Assembly: GCA_003833075.1 (NCBI GenBank)
Contig: RIAY01000007.1
Coordinates: forward strand, 1-64,000
Direction of reading: 5' to 3'
Source: Muribaculaceae bacterium Isolate-036 (Harlan)
Lineage (GTDB): Bacteria; Bacteroidota; Bacteroidia; Bacteroidales; Muribaculaceae
DNA: 64,000 bases
In this document: positions 26,853 to 35,947 of the stretch, one piece after another
Layout: each line of letters begins with the position of its first letter
Numbering within the stretch: the stretch's first letter is position 1
Translations under genes and position numbers: made by a program
Notes under the pieces: generated by a model
Databases searched by the model: none
Told to the model about the DNA's origin: nothing
The model's input: the letters and a program-made list of their open reading frames with translations, nothing else

Positions 26853-27640
26853 TGTTTTAGAATCGTTTCCCAGCGGTCTATTTTAGCGTCTAGCGTAAAA
26901 TGGGTGTTTGTTGAACTGGAACTTGGGAGAGAAACGACACGTATATGTTTCGGTAGTTCATCTATATTTATATATGTTCTAAAATAAGTTGAAGCTTTGT
27001 CTCCGTTTAGACCGATGACACGAATATTTGGATGCTTTGAAATAAACCCTAATATATCATTGATAGTTAAGTTTTTGATGTCTGAATCGAGACTACTGAT
27101 TCTTTCTGCTGATTTGAGCACATCCCACAATGCGATATGGTGTTTCTCCAAAAATCGTAGCCTGTCTTCGTAAGCGAGTGGTATACTTTCGTCAAACAGA
27201 CTTGACATGATTTTCCAGAATTGATTACCCTGATTCGCATAGTAACATTGTGTCTCCAATGATACTTTGCCCGGCAATGTCCCTAAGATCAGAAATTCCG
27301 ATTCTGAATCGGCGATGGGCGCAAGACCCTCTGTGACAACGCTGGATGTCAGGACTTTTGTCATGATGACTTCTGTCTCTGACGTATGTGCCGGGGTGGA
27401 AAGCGATGTTTTTTTACAATTTGAATGTCGGATATACCATGATTGTTTTTTACCGCCGGGTTGCTCTGCATTAGGAATTTTGCCATCTCGCAGGTGTCTG
27501 CGTAAAGTTTTTCCTCCGTCGGAAGGCAAAGCCCCGTTTTTAGCTAAATAGGCGGCGACTTCACTGGGCCCCACATGATTTAATCTGTTTGATTCGAGGT
27601 ATTCATCAATCAGATATATGATTCTGTTTATGTCTGCCAT
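26849..27640 (-). CDS. fusion protein: unknown N-terminal domain (~110 aa) plus UDG-superfamily DNA glycosylase domain (Mug/TDG or deoxyinosine-glycosylase-like)
   Basis: C-terminal LILGTLPGKVSL...YYANQGNQFWKIM...ALWDV...SLDSDI...IGLNGDKA matches the GxxPG / YxNxxNxFW motifs of UDG families. Confidence 0.5.
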   Translation of the reverse strand: MADINRIIYLIDEYLESNRLNHVGPSEVAAYLAKNGALPSDGGKTLRRHLRDGKIPNAEQPGGKKQSWYIRHSNCKKTSLSTPAHTSETEVIMTKVLTSSVVTEGLAPIADSESEFLILGTLPGKVSLETQCYYANQGNQFWKIMSSLFDESIPLAYEDRLRFLEKHHIALWDVLKSAERISSLDSDIKNLTINDILGFISKHPNIRVIGLNGDKASTYFRTYINIDELPKHIRVVSLPSSSSTNTHFTLDAKIDRWETILKQ

Positions 27641-27681
27641 AGCTGAAATATTTGTTTTACGGTATTATCATTTTTATGGGG

Positions 27682-28791
27682 TTATTTAAAAATTCGGTCT
27701 TTATAAGGCGTAGATTCAACGCCATTTACTTGAAGTTTACGAACAAGTCCGTCAAGTAGAGCAAGACAGATTCTCTTAAAGATTGCAGTGTTGCCAACCC
27801 ATTTTACAAGGGTCGGACTAACAGCATAGTAGGTGCGTATGAAAGCGCGCCCATACCAAGTTTCGGCGAGTGTGTAATCGCGGAATCTGCGTAGTGTCCA
27901 AACTTCGGGACAATCGTAAGAGCCATATACCGCTGTTGCAACATAGCACGGTCCGGAAGATGGATTTGATATATGCTCCTCATTAAACGTGTCAAGATTT
28001 CCGCTTGGAAGACCCTGCTTGATTCTATTAAGTATAGCGCGAAATTCCGTAACGGATTCTTCGTTAAGATTCGATTTAAATACGTTAAAACGAGCGTTAA
28101 CAGCTTGCGTGAAATTAATCCAGTTTTTTGCCGCAAATCCTACAAGGCAAGAAAGTTCCTCATGTGCGACTTTATCATCCGGGATCACATAGCGTAAACT
28201 CAGCAACAATTCATATTGGCTCATTATAAAAGCAAATATTTCATCTGAATCGGCTGTAAGTTCTGATGCTTTAAATGGATTCGATATACAATTCAGTTCA
28301 TATATCTGCTTTAAAGCCCCTGTGTTTTGTAATTGCTCGGTAAACGACTGAAGGTTTACGTTGAGAACTGTTATATAGAAGCCGTATACGTCTATTTCCA
28401 ATTCTCCATTGGATTTTTCGATAGCCTTTTTTCCGGCAGATATTATCTCTGTGACTCTAAGGTTGTCAATACTTGAGGATAATCCGATGGCTTTCATCTT
28501 AATAAACCATGCCTGGGCATTGTCGCAGTCAATTTCAAGAATACGTTTAACATATGACTCCGCTTCATCAACATTTAAACTGTCAATGGCATTCTGAGCA
28601 AGAGACAACAAGTTTGGAACTTTGTCCGATTGATCAATCTTGACTTTCCCTTCAATGTTGACAACTCCTTCGACCATCATTTTCTTGGCTTCTTCAACGG
28701 AGTATTTGGTTCCGCATGACTGACATACGAATACACCATCTTGTTTAAGGATATTTGTGCTTCCGCACATTTCACAGGTAAGTGGTTTCAT
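27682..28791 (-). CDS. zinc-ribbon protein with a helical middle and a conserved Cys-containing C-terminal module (YdjG-like partner of SPFH), 369 aa
   Basis: N-terminal CEMCG...CQSCG. C-terminal CYVATAVYGSYDCPEVWTLRRFRD. 4-nt overlap with the membrane gene. Confidence 0.5.
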   Translation of the reverse strand: MKPLTCEMCGSTNILKQDGVFVCQSCGTKYSVEEAKKMMVEGVVNIEGKVKIDQSDKVPNLLSLAQNAIDSLNVDEAESYVKRILEIDCDNAQAWFIKMKAIGLSSSIDNLRVTEIISAGKKAIEKSNGELEIDVYGFYITVLNVNLQSFTEQLQNTGALKQIYELNCISNPFKASELTADSDEIFAFIMSQYELLLSLRYVIPDDKVAHEELSCLVGFAAKNWINFTQAVNARFNVFKSNLNEESVTEFRAILNRIKQGLPSGNLDTFNEEHISNPSSGPCYVATAVYGSYDCPEVWTLRRFRDYTLAETWYGRAFIRTYYAVSPTLVKWVGNTAIFKRICLALLDGLVRKLQVNGVESTPYKDRIFK

Positions 28792-29165
28792 GAGGATTTA
28801 CAGTCTTGTGAGGGTTTATTTTTGACTTGATTTGCAGAACGTTTGGCAATGGCATAAATGAGACAGCCATTAAATGCCATTAGACAGAGGATAGCAATGA
28901 TTCCCCAATTGTCTTCTAACTGAGAAGGCATTAATAGTCCCATAATAAATTCTATTAAAGTAAATAACGGGATGATAAAAGCCAGAGATATTGTAAATGC
29001 AGATTTAAAAGACCCTTTGTTGACCCAGTAGGAAAACAAGGCTGCAACGCAGATTACAACTGTATTTATTCCCATATTGAACATGGGATAGCAGGATAAT
29101 ATCAATCCGGCTACGATATTTATCATCAGAAAGATGACATATAAGATTGGGAATATTTGTTTCAT
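28788..29165 (-). CDS. small polytopic membrane protein (YdjH-like), 125 aa
   Basis: Three to four hydrophobic helices. Lies 1 nt after the SPFH gene stop. Confidence 0.5.
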   Translation of the reverse strand: MKQIFPILYVIFLMINIVAGLILSCYPMFNMGINTVVICVAALFSYWVNKGSFKSAFTISLAFIIPLFTLIEFIMGLLMPSQLEDNWGIIAILCLMAFNGCLIYAIAKRSANQVKNKPSQDCKSS

Positions 29166-29166
29166 A

Positions 29167-30270
29167 TTATGGCAAAGGTGGTGGTGTAATAGAATTGATT
29201 AACGATGCTAATGTCGGAATCTGAGAGATAGGAAGCCAAGCAGACATTCCAATCGTCCACGCAAGCGTGGAACCATCGACAACACCACTTGAGATGTAAG
29301 CCGAAATACTCTCGGTCGTTAGATTGGGGACTTGTTGACCATCTATCAGCAAATAGTATGTCGGAGCGGACTGAGGGATGGGCGGCACATGAGGATTGGT
29401 GTTTAGATACTGGCCGGCAATATTACCGGCTGCATTACCCACGCCCATCCCAGCTCCGAGACCTACGCCTAACCCCATCATCTGACCTCCTGCGCCATCA
29501 TTGTTAGCAGCGGCTTCAAGGACGTTGAAACTACGTTCCATTTGGTATACATCGCGTCCGGTAATACGAAGACGCGCGGCAAGATCTTTGGCGTTTTTTA
29601 GCTTAATAACACTTTCGTCATCCTGAGGGAAAGTAATTGACATTATCGAAAATTCGATAATTGAAACTCCGTATTTCCCAAGCAGTTGATTGAGTTGCTC
29701 ATTAATGGAATCAGACATTGACAACAATAATGTATTGATGTCAAGAATTGATATGCCGTTGGTAACAATTTGCCTCGCGAGCAAAGAGTTTAGGGCGGAA
29801 ATGATTCTGCCCTTATAAAATTGTTCAATCTGTTCAGATGTAAACGCCCCCATGCTGCCGATAAGAGTTTCCAAGAAGATACGGGGATTAGTGACACGGA
29901 TACCATATTGACCATGAGCTCGAACAGGCACAATAATATGATACCGAGGATCTTCAATTTGAATTGGGTGCGGAGTGCCCCAGGGAAGATTGAGTTTTGC
30001 TGTTTGATTTATAAACCATACCTCGGCTTGGAACGGAGATTCCGAGCCAAAAGGCAAGTTTATAATCTTATTAAGTATCGGTATATTTTCAGTATCAATT
30101 CTATATGTTCCCGCAGTAAATTCATCACAGATGGCACCTCCTTTTACAAAGAAAGCTGTTTGAGCTGGGTGTACCACAAGCTGAGTACCCATACGCAGGT
30201 CATCGGAGTCGAACTTATGACAAAGTTCACCATCAACCGTTTGATATTTTACAACGTCTATTATTGCCAT
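29167..30270 (-). CDS. SPFH/Band-7 family protein (PF13421-like, YdjI-like) with a Gly-rich linker and a C-terminal GYF/DUF4339-like domain, 367 aa
   Basis: N-terminal MAIIDVVKY...FFVKGG signature of the SPFH-Band7_1 family. C-terminal YYLLIDGQQ...W module. Confidence 0.6.
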   Translation of the reverse strand: MAIIDVVKYQTVDGELCHKFDSDDLRMGTQLVVHPAQTAFFVKGGAICDEFTAGTYRIDTENIPILNKIINLPFGSESPFQAEVWFINQTAKLNLPWGTPHPIQIEDPRYHIIVPVRAHGQYGIRVTNPRIFLETLIGSMGAFTSEQIEQFYKGRIISALNSLLARQIVTNGISILDINTLLLSMSDSINEQLNQLLGKYGVSIIEFSIMSITFPQDDESVIKLKNAKDLAARLRITGRDVYQMERSFNVLEAAANNDGAGGQMMGLGVGLGAGMGVGNAAGNIAGQYLNTNPHVPPIPQSAPTYYLLIDGQQVPNLTTESISAYISSGVVDGSTLAWTIGMSAWLPISQIPTLASLINSITPPPLP

Positions 30271-30578
30271 ATACTCAACTTAAAACTGACCAAAAGCCCA
30301 CTTGGTCATAAATAAAAAAGAGGCGTGGGCTGCTATGCCACGCCTTTACGGATAGGTGGTAGGAATACCTGTATATGAAGATGTGGAAATAACAGCTCCA
30401 CGCCGTATGGCATGGAGACTGTCATGACTTTCTCTTGCATATACTTGGATGTAAGTTTCCTACGCTTTATCCGTACAAGCAGAAGACATAACGCCTCTTT
30501 GATTCAAAAATGTTTGGACAGACCACGGCCTATCCGACTGCAAAGTTACGAAAATATTTTGATATTTTAACCCTAAGG

Positions 30579-30834
30579 TGTGGTGACCCGGCGAGATTTT
30601 GGCTGAGGTCACCACATTTTTATTGCTGGAATATGGTTAAAGTCTGTTAATGTTTGGGGTCATCAGGCGGTGATGTGGGGATGAATGACGCTGAACGGAT
30701 TTGGTTGAATTTGAAATATATACTGATTATCAGCGCATTAAACCGCCATGATAAAAGATATGCGCCTATACAGACACGCATAATAAACAATATTTCAGTG
30801 TATTAGGATGGGCGTGGTGACTTTTGTGGTGACT
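30579..30834. promoter_or_regulatory. four GTGGTGAC(C/T) repeats (30579-30588 direct, 30607-30615 inverted, 30814-30822 and 30826-30834 direct). Candidate integrase arm-type sites at the tRNA-proximal end.
   Basis: The same 8-mer occurs twice next to the integrase at 15362-15383. Confidence 0.4.
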
Positions 30835-30856
30835 TGGAGGGGTATGATTGAATAAA

Positions 30857-30890
30857 AGACCGCTAACTCATTGAGAATTAGCGGTCTTTT
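30857..30890. terminator. hairpin AGACCGCTAA...TTAGCGGTCT flanked by A/T runs (bidirectional terminator 3' of tRNA-Phe)
   Basis: Seen in the sequence. Confidence 0.45.
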
Positions 30891-30891
30891 G

Positions 30892-30964
30892 TGGTGCCAC
30901 CAGGAATCGAACCGGGGACACAAGGATTTTCAGTCCTTTGCTCTACCAACTGAGCTATGGCACC
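30892..30964 (-). tRNA. tRNA-Phe (anticodon GAA), no encoded CCA
   Basis: Reverse complement GGTGCCATAGCTCAGTTGGTAGAGCAAAGGACTGAAAATCCTTGTGTCCCCGGTTCGATTCCTGGTGGCACCA shows a cloverleaf with a GAA anticodon loop. Confidence 0.85.
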
Positions 30965-31626
30965 AACTTTAATGTTTGCAATATTGAGAACCTGCGCTAC
31001 TGCCTGTTTCCGTTTTGCGAGTGCAAAGTTAGTAATATTTTTTTATTCTGCAAAATTTTTCGCAATTTTTTATTAATTATTTTGTTGGATTCTGCTTCAG
31101 AGATTTACTGAACACAGCTGAGCTTTGCTGAATCACGTTGGCTAAGTCACATGTTACCAACAATATCCGCCATATGTTTTTTTTTAATAAACAAGTGCCG
31201 GGAATTAGCCTGTCTATCTCTTCAGCATATCCAAATCAATGTCCGTGCGGATGTCGAAGGGCTGCGGGTGCATTGCCATTATATCGTCAAGCAGCAGGAC
31301 TGTGCGGATGAAACATCGCCGCACTTCGCTTCTGTACACCTCCGCATACACGCCTTTGTTGGCAAGTTCATGCAGCTTGCTCCATTGCAAATAGAGATTC
31401 TCCTCGCATGCTCATAATCATGATATTTGTCAAATATTGTATACTTGAAATCAAATTTAGCTCGCTTCATTGACGCCTACTGCTTCCAGATAGGAAGAAC
31501 CGTTTCTCAGGGCGTTGTCAAGAAACAGTGCACTATCATTGTCAATGCTTTCGAGACACACCACATAGATATTGTTATCAGATACTGCAATCAGCTTTTG
31601 CGCATCAAGAGTGTTCCAGACCTTTA

Positions 31627-31810
31627 AGAAACTGTTTAAATTTAATTCGAAAAAATTTATATAATATATCTTGTGGGTTCCTTGAGGTCTTTTATGGTTG
31701 TTTTCACCAAGTCTCATCGGTCTCATAGCCCGCTATGCTCCCTCTTCAACTCGTGAAAACTCCTCATAAAATCCTCTCAATGAACCTCACAATTAAATTT
31801 AAACAGTTTC
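31627..31810. repeat. MITE-like repeat copy 1 (~184 bp) with perfect 20-bp terminal inverted repeats GAAACTGTTTAAATTTAATT
   Basis: About 90% identical to 40220-40402. Flanked by a TAA direct repeat. An internal CATAGCCCGCTATG hairpin is present. Confidence 0.6.
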
Positions 31811-32077
31811 TAAAGAAGCCATCAGCCATTTTTCAAATAGTTTCAGACGCCGGTTGTCATCCATATGACAGGAAATACACATATGGGCTTCGTCACTCTC
31901 TATGACTACCGCCTCCGACGCACATACATCCAGCAAAAGATCGCCGACAAACACCTTTGACGTCAGATTAAGATTACGCTTCTGCAGAATAGCGTTGAAA
32001 ACTATCCTGTTCACTGTCTCGCCATAGATACATCCCAGAGAGGGATCATCCGCATTAAAATGAAATGCCACTTTCAT
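31799..32077 (-). CDS. hypothetical protein fragment whose 3' end and stop codon lie inside the MITE terminal repeat (gene probably truncated by the MITE insertion)
   Basis: The ORF ends ...LMASLETV* within the GAAACTG TIR. A second ORF piece continues on the other side of the MITE (31457-31626). Confidence 0.3.
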   Translation of the reverse strand: MKVAFHFNADDPSLGCIYGETVNRIVFNAILQKRNLNLTSKVFVGDLLLDVCASEAVVIESDEAHMCISCHMDDNRRLKLFEKWLMASLETV

Positions 32078-32088
32078 ACCTTTGATTC

Positions 32089-33069
32089 TCAAGCGGTAGC
32101 CACAAGCCATGCCATATAACCGACATAGCAGGCGGCAAGCACACCACCCTCCCGTCGGGTAATGGTACGCTCTTTATAGACACATCCGAATATCCAGAAA
32201 AGCAAACTGCTTGCGGTGAGTATAAGCAGGTCTGCATTACCTACGGCTCCGAATGGCAACGGTCTTACCGTTGCCGCACATCCCAACACAAGGAATATAT
32301 TGAAGATGTTGCTCCCGATTACATTTCCCAGGGCTATGCCGGTCTTGCCTTTCAGGGCAGCCGTTATCGAGGTGGCAAGTTCCGGCAAAGATGTGCCCGC
32401 CGCCACAATCGTAAGACCGATCACGGCATCGCTCACCCCCAGTCCCGCGGCTATTCCGGAAGCACCGTCCACAAACTTGTCGCCGCCGTAAATCAGTCCC
32501 GCAAGACCACCTGCCACCCACAGCCATGCCTTCCACACCGGCATTTTTCTCTTCGACTCACCGCCTTTTGCCGCAGGGTCGCCGGATGCGGCATGCCTGG
32601 CAGAGGAGAAGGTGTGATGCATGAACACCATAAAGAAAAGCAGCAGGATTATACCGTCAACCCGCGTCAGCATATTGGTTTTCGAGCCGTCAAGGAGCGA
32701 TGTGTTGCCCATTGTCAGCAGAACGAGCGCCGAAAGTATCACAAGCGGAATATCCGTGGTCAGGATACTTTTCGAAATACGCATCGGTCGCACAAGGGAT
32801 GTTATCCCGATTATGGCACACACGTTGAAGATATTGCTCCCCACCACGTTTCCAATCGCCAGTCCGGCATTCCCGTCTACCGCCGACATTACGCTTATCA
32901 CGAGCTCAGGCGCCGACGTGCCGAACGCCACGATTGTGAGTCCGACAACAAGATCCGACATTCCCCACCGCTTGGCAAGCGACGACGCGCCATCGGTAAG
33001 CGCGTTTGCTCCCACAAGAATCAGCACAAGACCCAATATGAGAAATACTATATTCAGAATCATAAGCAA
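32089..33069 (-). CDS. CaCA-family Na+/Ca2+ (cation) antiporter (YrbG-like), 326 aa
   Basis: Duplicated GNVVGSNIFN / GNVIGSNIFN alpha-repeat motifs and a polytopic membrane profile. Confidence 0.7.
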   Translation of the reverse strand: MLMILNIVFLILGLVLILVGANALTDGASSLAKRWGMSDLVVGLTIVAFGTSAPELVISVMSAVDGNAGLAIGNVVGSNIFNVCAIIGITSLVRPMRISKSILTTDIPLVILSALVLLTMGNTSLLDGSKTNMLTRVDGIILLLFFMVFMHHTFSSARHAASGDPAAKGGESKRKMPVWKAWLWVAGGLAGLIYGGDKFVDGASGIAAGLGVSDAVIGLTIVAAGTSLPELATSITAALKGKTGIALGNVIGSNIFNIFLVLGCAATVRPLPFGAVGNADLLILTASSLLFWIFGCVYKERTITRREGGVLAACYVGYMAWLVATA

Positions 33070-33148
33070 TGAAATTTCAGTTCATACACCGCCACTTCGC
33101 GTCACATCCCTGTCAAACCCCGCAACGCCCCGTTTCGACTCGTCACCC

Positions 33149-34438
33149 CTATTCCTTAACGTAAAAATCTATCAGAGAGTTGAGGGCACGGCGGCACGCG
33201 GGGCAGAATCCATGCCATTCATTGTCACGCATACGGCACCTGTCCGCAGGGCTGTATACACCACGAAACGAATATCCTCCTCCCTCGAACACACCCACAG
33301 GATACCGTTGCCATTCACTGCGTTGTGTCGGCACCGGAGTCCCTTCCTCAAGCAAGGATTTCCATTTTGAATCAAAATCCACGAGTGTGGTGATATTCGG
33401 CTCCCAAGGCTCCACATCAAAAGGATAGCTGTCTTCCATCACGTCTCCTTCATAGAAATATTCATCGGCAAGACCTCCGAAACTATGTCCGAACTCATGT
33501 ACGACCACCGGCGCGAAATTATCATGTCCCGTAGTTGTCAGCGTATAGCTATTGTAAATTCCGCCGCCCCCATACACATCGCAATTGGCAAGAATTATGA
33601 TATGTTCATAAGGTACATGCGAAACCGATTCGTGAATATCAGACACATTTCCCGTGGTCAGATAACGATCCGAATAAAACGTGTCGAAATTTGATCCGAA
33701 CGATGTCTTCTTCCATTCCTTTCTTCTCGGCACACTCACTCCCTCATCTTCAGAAACCGTAGCTACAGCCACAAAATTAAAGCACGACTCCCGGTCCTTG
33801 AACGGCTCATGGCTCAGTATCGCCGTCACAGCCTTCTCTGCATCCCTGTAAAAAGCCTCCGTCTGCGATGCATTATACCCCTCGGCAAGAATCGCCACAT
33901 CAATCACATCTTCAGCATTGCCATTCTTCCTCAGATAGCGGTATTCGCTTTTACCCCTCGTGTCCGACTCCTTTACGAGGATATCATCCGGTGAATAGAG
34001 ATGCGTATTCGAAGCCACAGCATCATGTCGGGCGTCAAGCAATTCAATCGTAATCCTTGCCGTCCTGCGAGGCAAAGGTATCAAAAACGTATTCTGAAAA
34101 GATTTCGAAGTTACGGCAGCCTCCGGCGTAGACTGCCACTCCCGGAAAAGAGTGGAAAAACTGTGTCTGTATATGGTATCGCCACTAAGAGAATCAGCCA
34201 CAGTCACTATCCCGTTGCCGACATAAGGAATACTGTCAAGATTACACCTGCGTCCTGCCCATCCGCCGAACTTATGCATCCTGTCAAGAAACACGTGACT
34301 CTCCTTCGAATTACCTGCAGCTATATAATCAAGTCTGAGAGTTGAATCACAGAACACCTTTTCAAAACTCACATCCGCCATCCCCACCATGCGATAAAAC
34401 ACGACAAATGCAGACAACAGCAACAATTTTCTTATCAT
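33149..34438 (-). CDS. secreted M64-family (IgA-peptidase-like) zinc metallopeptidase. The start is trimmed to the ATG preceding the signal peptide.
   Basis: HEFGHSFGGLADEY zinc-binding motif. N-terminal MIRKLLLLSAFVVF signal peptide. Confidence 0.65.
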   Translation of the reverse strand: MIRKLLLLSAFVVFYRMVGMADVSFEKVFCDSTLRLDYIAAGNSKESHVFLDRMHKFGGWAGRRCNLDSIPYVGNGIVTVADSLSGDTIYRHSFSTLFREWQSTPEAAVTSKSFQNTFLIPLPRRTARITIELLDARHDAVASNTHLYSPDDILVKESDTRGKSEYRYLRKNGNAEDVIDVAILAEGYNASQTEAFYRDAEKAVTAILSHEPFKDRESCFNFVAVATVSEDEGVSVPRRKEWKKTSFGSNFDTFYSDRYLTTGNVSDIHESVSHVPYEHIIILANCDVYGGGGIYNSYTLTTTGHDNFAPVVVHEFGHSFGGLADEYFYEGDVMEDSYPFDVEPWEPNITTLVDFDSKWKSLLEEGTPVPTQRSEWQRYPVGVFEGGGYSFRGVYSPADRCRMRDNEWHGFCPACRRALNSLIDFYVKE

Positions 34439-34596
34439 ATTAACCGTCAATTGATTTTTACTGACCACTTCAAGGTTATTCCATAAGACGAACCGGAATA
34501 ACAAAAAGCATGGCTGCAAATGTAATAAATTCTTTTTTGGAAACATGAAGTTTCTAATTTTTTTGTTAGCTTTGGCTAAAACAATACAGAACAACC

Positions 34597-35034
34597 ATGC
34601 GCAAGTCAATTCTTATACTCGCTTTGCTTCTCGCGAATCCGTTTTACGTCATATGCCTTGCTGAACAAAACAGGCGCCACACACCGGCAGCGAAGAGCAA
34701 CGTGCCGAGAAGGATCATACACACCTGTATCCGACCATGATTATCTACCCTCCGACCGCCCCACCCTCGACGGCACTTTCTGGATTGAAGACGGCAAGCC
34801 ATGGGCGTGGCATACTCTAAAAGCGGTCGCCTCGAAGGTCCGTGGATACAAGAGAAAGAACCGCTTACACCCCCGAACCACGGTCATGGCATGATATTCA
34901 AAGATCTTGAAGGACGCAACATCCTTTCAGCACATAGCCATAGCGAAATCAACGGCAGATATGTACGCCGTCCCGTATTCTGGGAGATCGATCTTACAGG
35001 CGACAAACTCCGCATTATCCGCAAAATCGACTGA
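34597..35034 (+). pseudogene. frameshifted remnant of a secreted protein (signal peptide in one frame, the body split across two other frames)
   Basis: ATG plus signal peptide MRKSILILALLLANPF at ~34597. ORFs 34658..34894 and 34801..35034 continue the same apparent protein in shifted frames. Confidence 0.4.
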
Positions 35035-35203
35035 ACGAGACACACAAACCTCCACAAATTTCCACAATTCCGAATAATTACAAGCCAAAAATTCATATTT
35101 TTATAAAATAAATACCGATTATTACTGTCTTTTGATTATATTTGCGGCAATTTTCGAAAAAAACGGCGGCAAAACCGCCAAGGGCAAGAATAATCAATAA
35201 GTA

Positions 35204-35821
35204 ATGAACAACGACCAGGTATCAGTGATGTTCGCAGGAGAAGAGCATATAAAATATGCCGATCTCATATGCGACCTCATCTATGAGTCCGCGCTTCAGC
35301 GCGGCACCGGTATCGCCAGGCGTTCTCCCGACTACATCATCGACAAGATCCGAGGAGAGAAAGCCGTAGTGGCGATGTATGGCGACCGTCTCATCGGCTT
35401 CAGCTACATTGAAAGCTGGGGTCATGGTGACTACGTTGCCACATCGGGTCTTATCGTAGACCCGGAGTTCCGCAAGCTCGGTCTTGCGGCGCGTATCAAG
35501 AACAAGACATTCGAACTTGCCCGACGACGATTCCCCTTCGCAAAAATTTTCTCCATCACCACTTCGCTGCCTGTAATGAAACTCAACTCCCGCCTCGGCT
35601 ACAAGCCGGTGACATTCTCGGAGTTGACCACCGACGAAGAATTCTGGAGAGGATGCGAAGGGTGTGTGAATTACGATATCCTCTGCCGCAACAACCGCAA
35701 GATGTGTCTCTGCTACGGCATGCTTTACGACCCGAAGGCAACACTGCGGAAACAGTCATGGACTATCCCTTACGTAACTTGGATATCCAACAAGGTCAGA
35801 AAAATATTCCATCTGAAATAG
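35204..35821 (+). CDS. GNAT-family N-acetyltransferase, ArgA-like (N-acyl-glutamate synthase of the Bacteroidetes arg operon)
   Basis: GNAT motif region ...VDPEFRKLGLAARI... It is the first gene of the arg cluster. Confidence 0.6.
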   Translation: MNNDQVSVMFAGEEHIKYADLICDLIYESALQRGTGIARRSPDYIIDKIRGEKAVVAMYGDRLIGFSYIESWGHGDYVATSGLIVDPEFRKLGLAARIKNKTFELARRRFPFAKIFSITTSLPVMKLNSRLGYKPVTFSELTTDEEFWRGCEGCVNYDILCRNNRKMCLCYGMLYDPKATLRKQSWTIPYVTWISNKVRKIFHLK

Positions 35822-35947
35822 ACAGGTTTTTCCACACCGCATCCCCCTGATACTCATCCGCGCCGCACCCGGCGCTTAAAAGTTTTAATGCAGGAGCGTC
35901 CGCACCCGGCGGAACGCTTCATAACACATATACATACACATAAAGAA

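Larger units (their letters stand above)
15229..30903. mobile_element. NBU-like mobilizable integrative element (~15.7 kb) inserted at the 3' end of tRNA-Phe
   Basis: Delimited by the 13-bp direct repeat. Carries an integrase, Xis-like HTH, primase-like, MobC-like and relaxase genes. GTGGTGAC arm-type repeats lie at both ends. Confidence 0.55.

Noticed and set aside
31151-31627. small ORFs between tRNA-Phe and MITE copy 1 (31151..31417, 31279..31470, 31427..31627)
   Set aside because: They are short, overlapping and AT-rich with no motifs. They may include remnants of the ORF disrupted by the MITE but cannot be called as genes.
32216-33428. ORFs on the + strand (for example 32621..33370, 249 aa; 32593..33072) overlapping the CaCA antiporter and M64 peptidase genes
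   Set aside because: They lie opposite conserved membrane-protein and peptidase coding sequence and read as low-complexity shadows.
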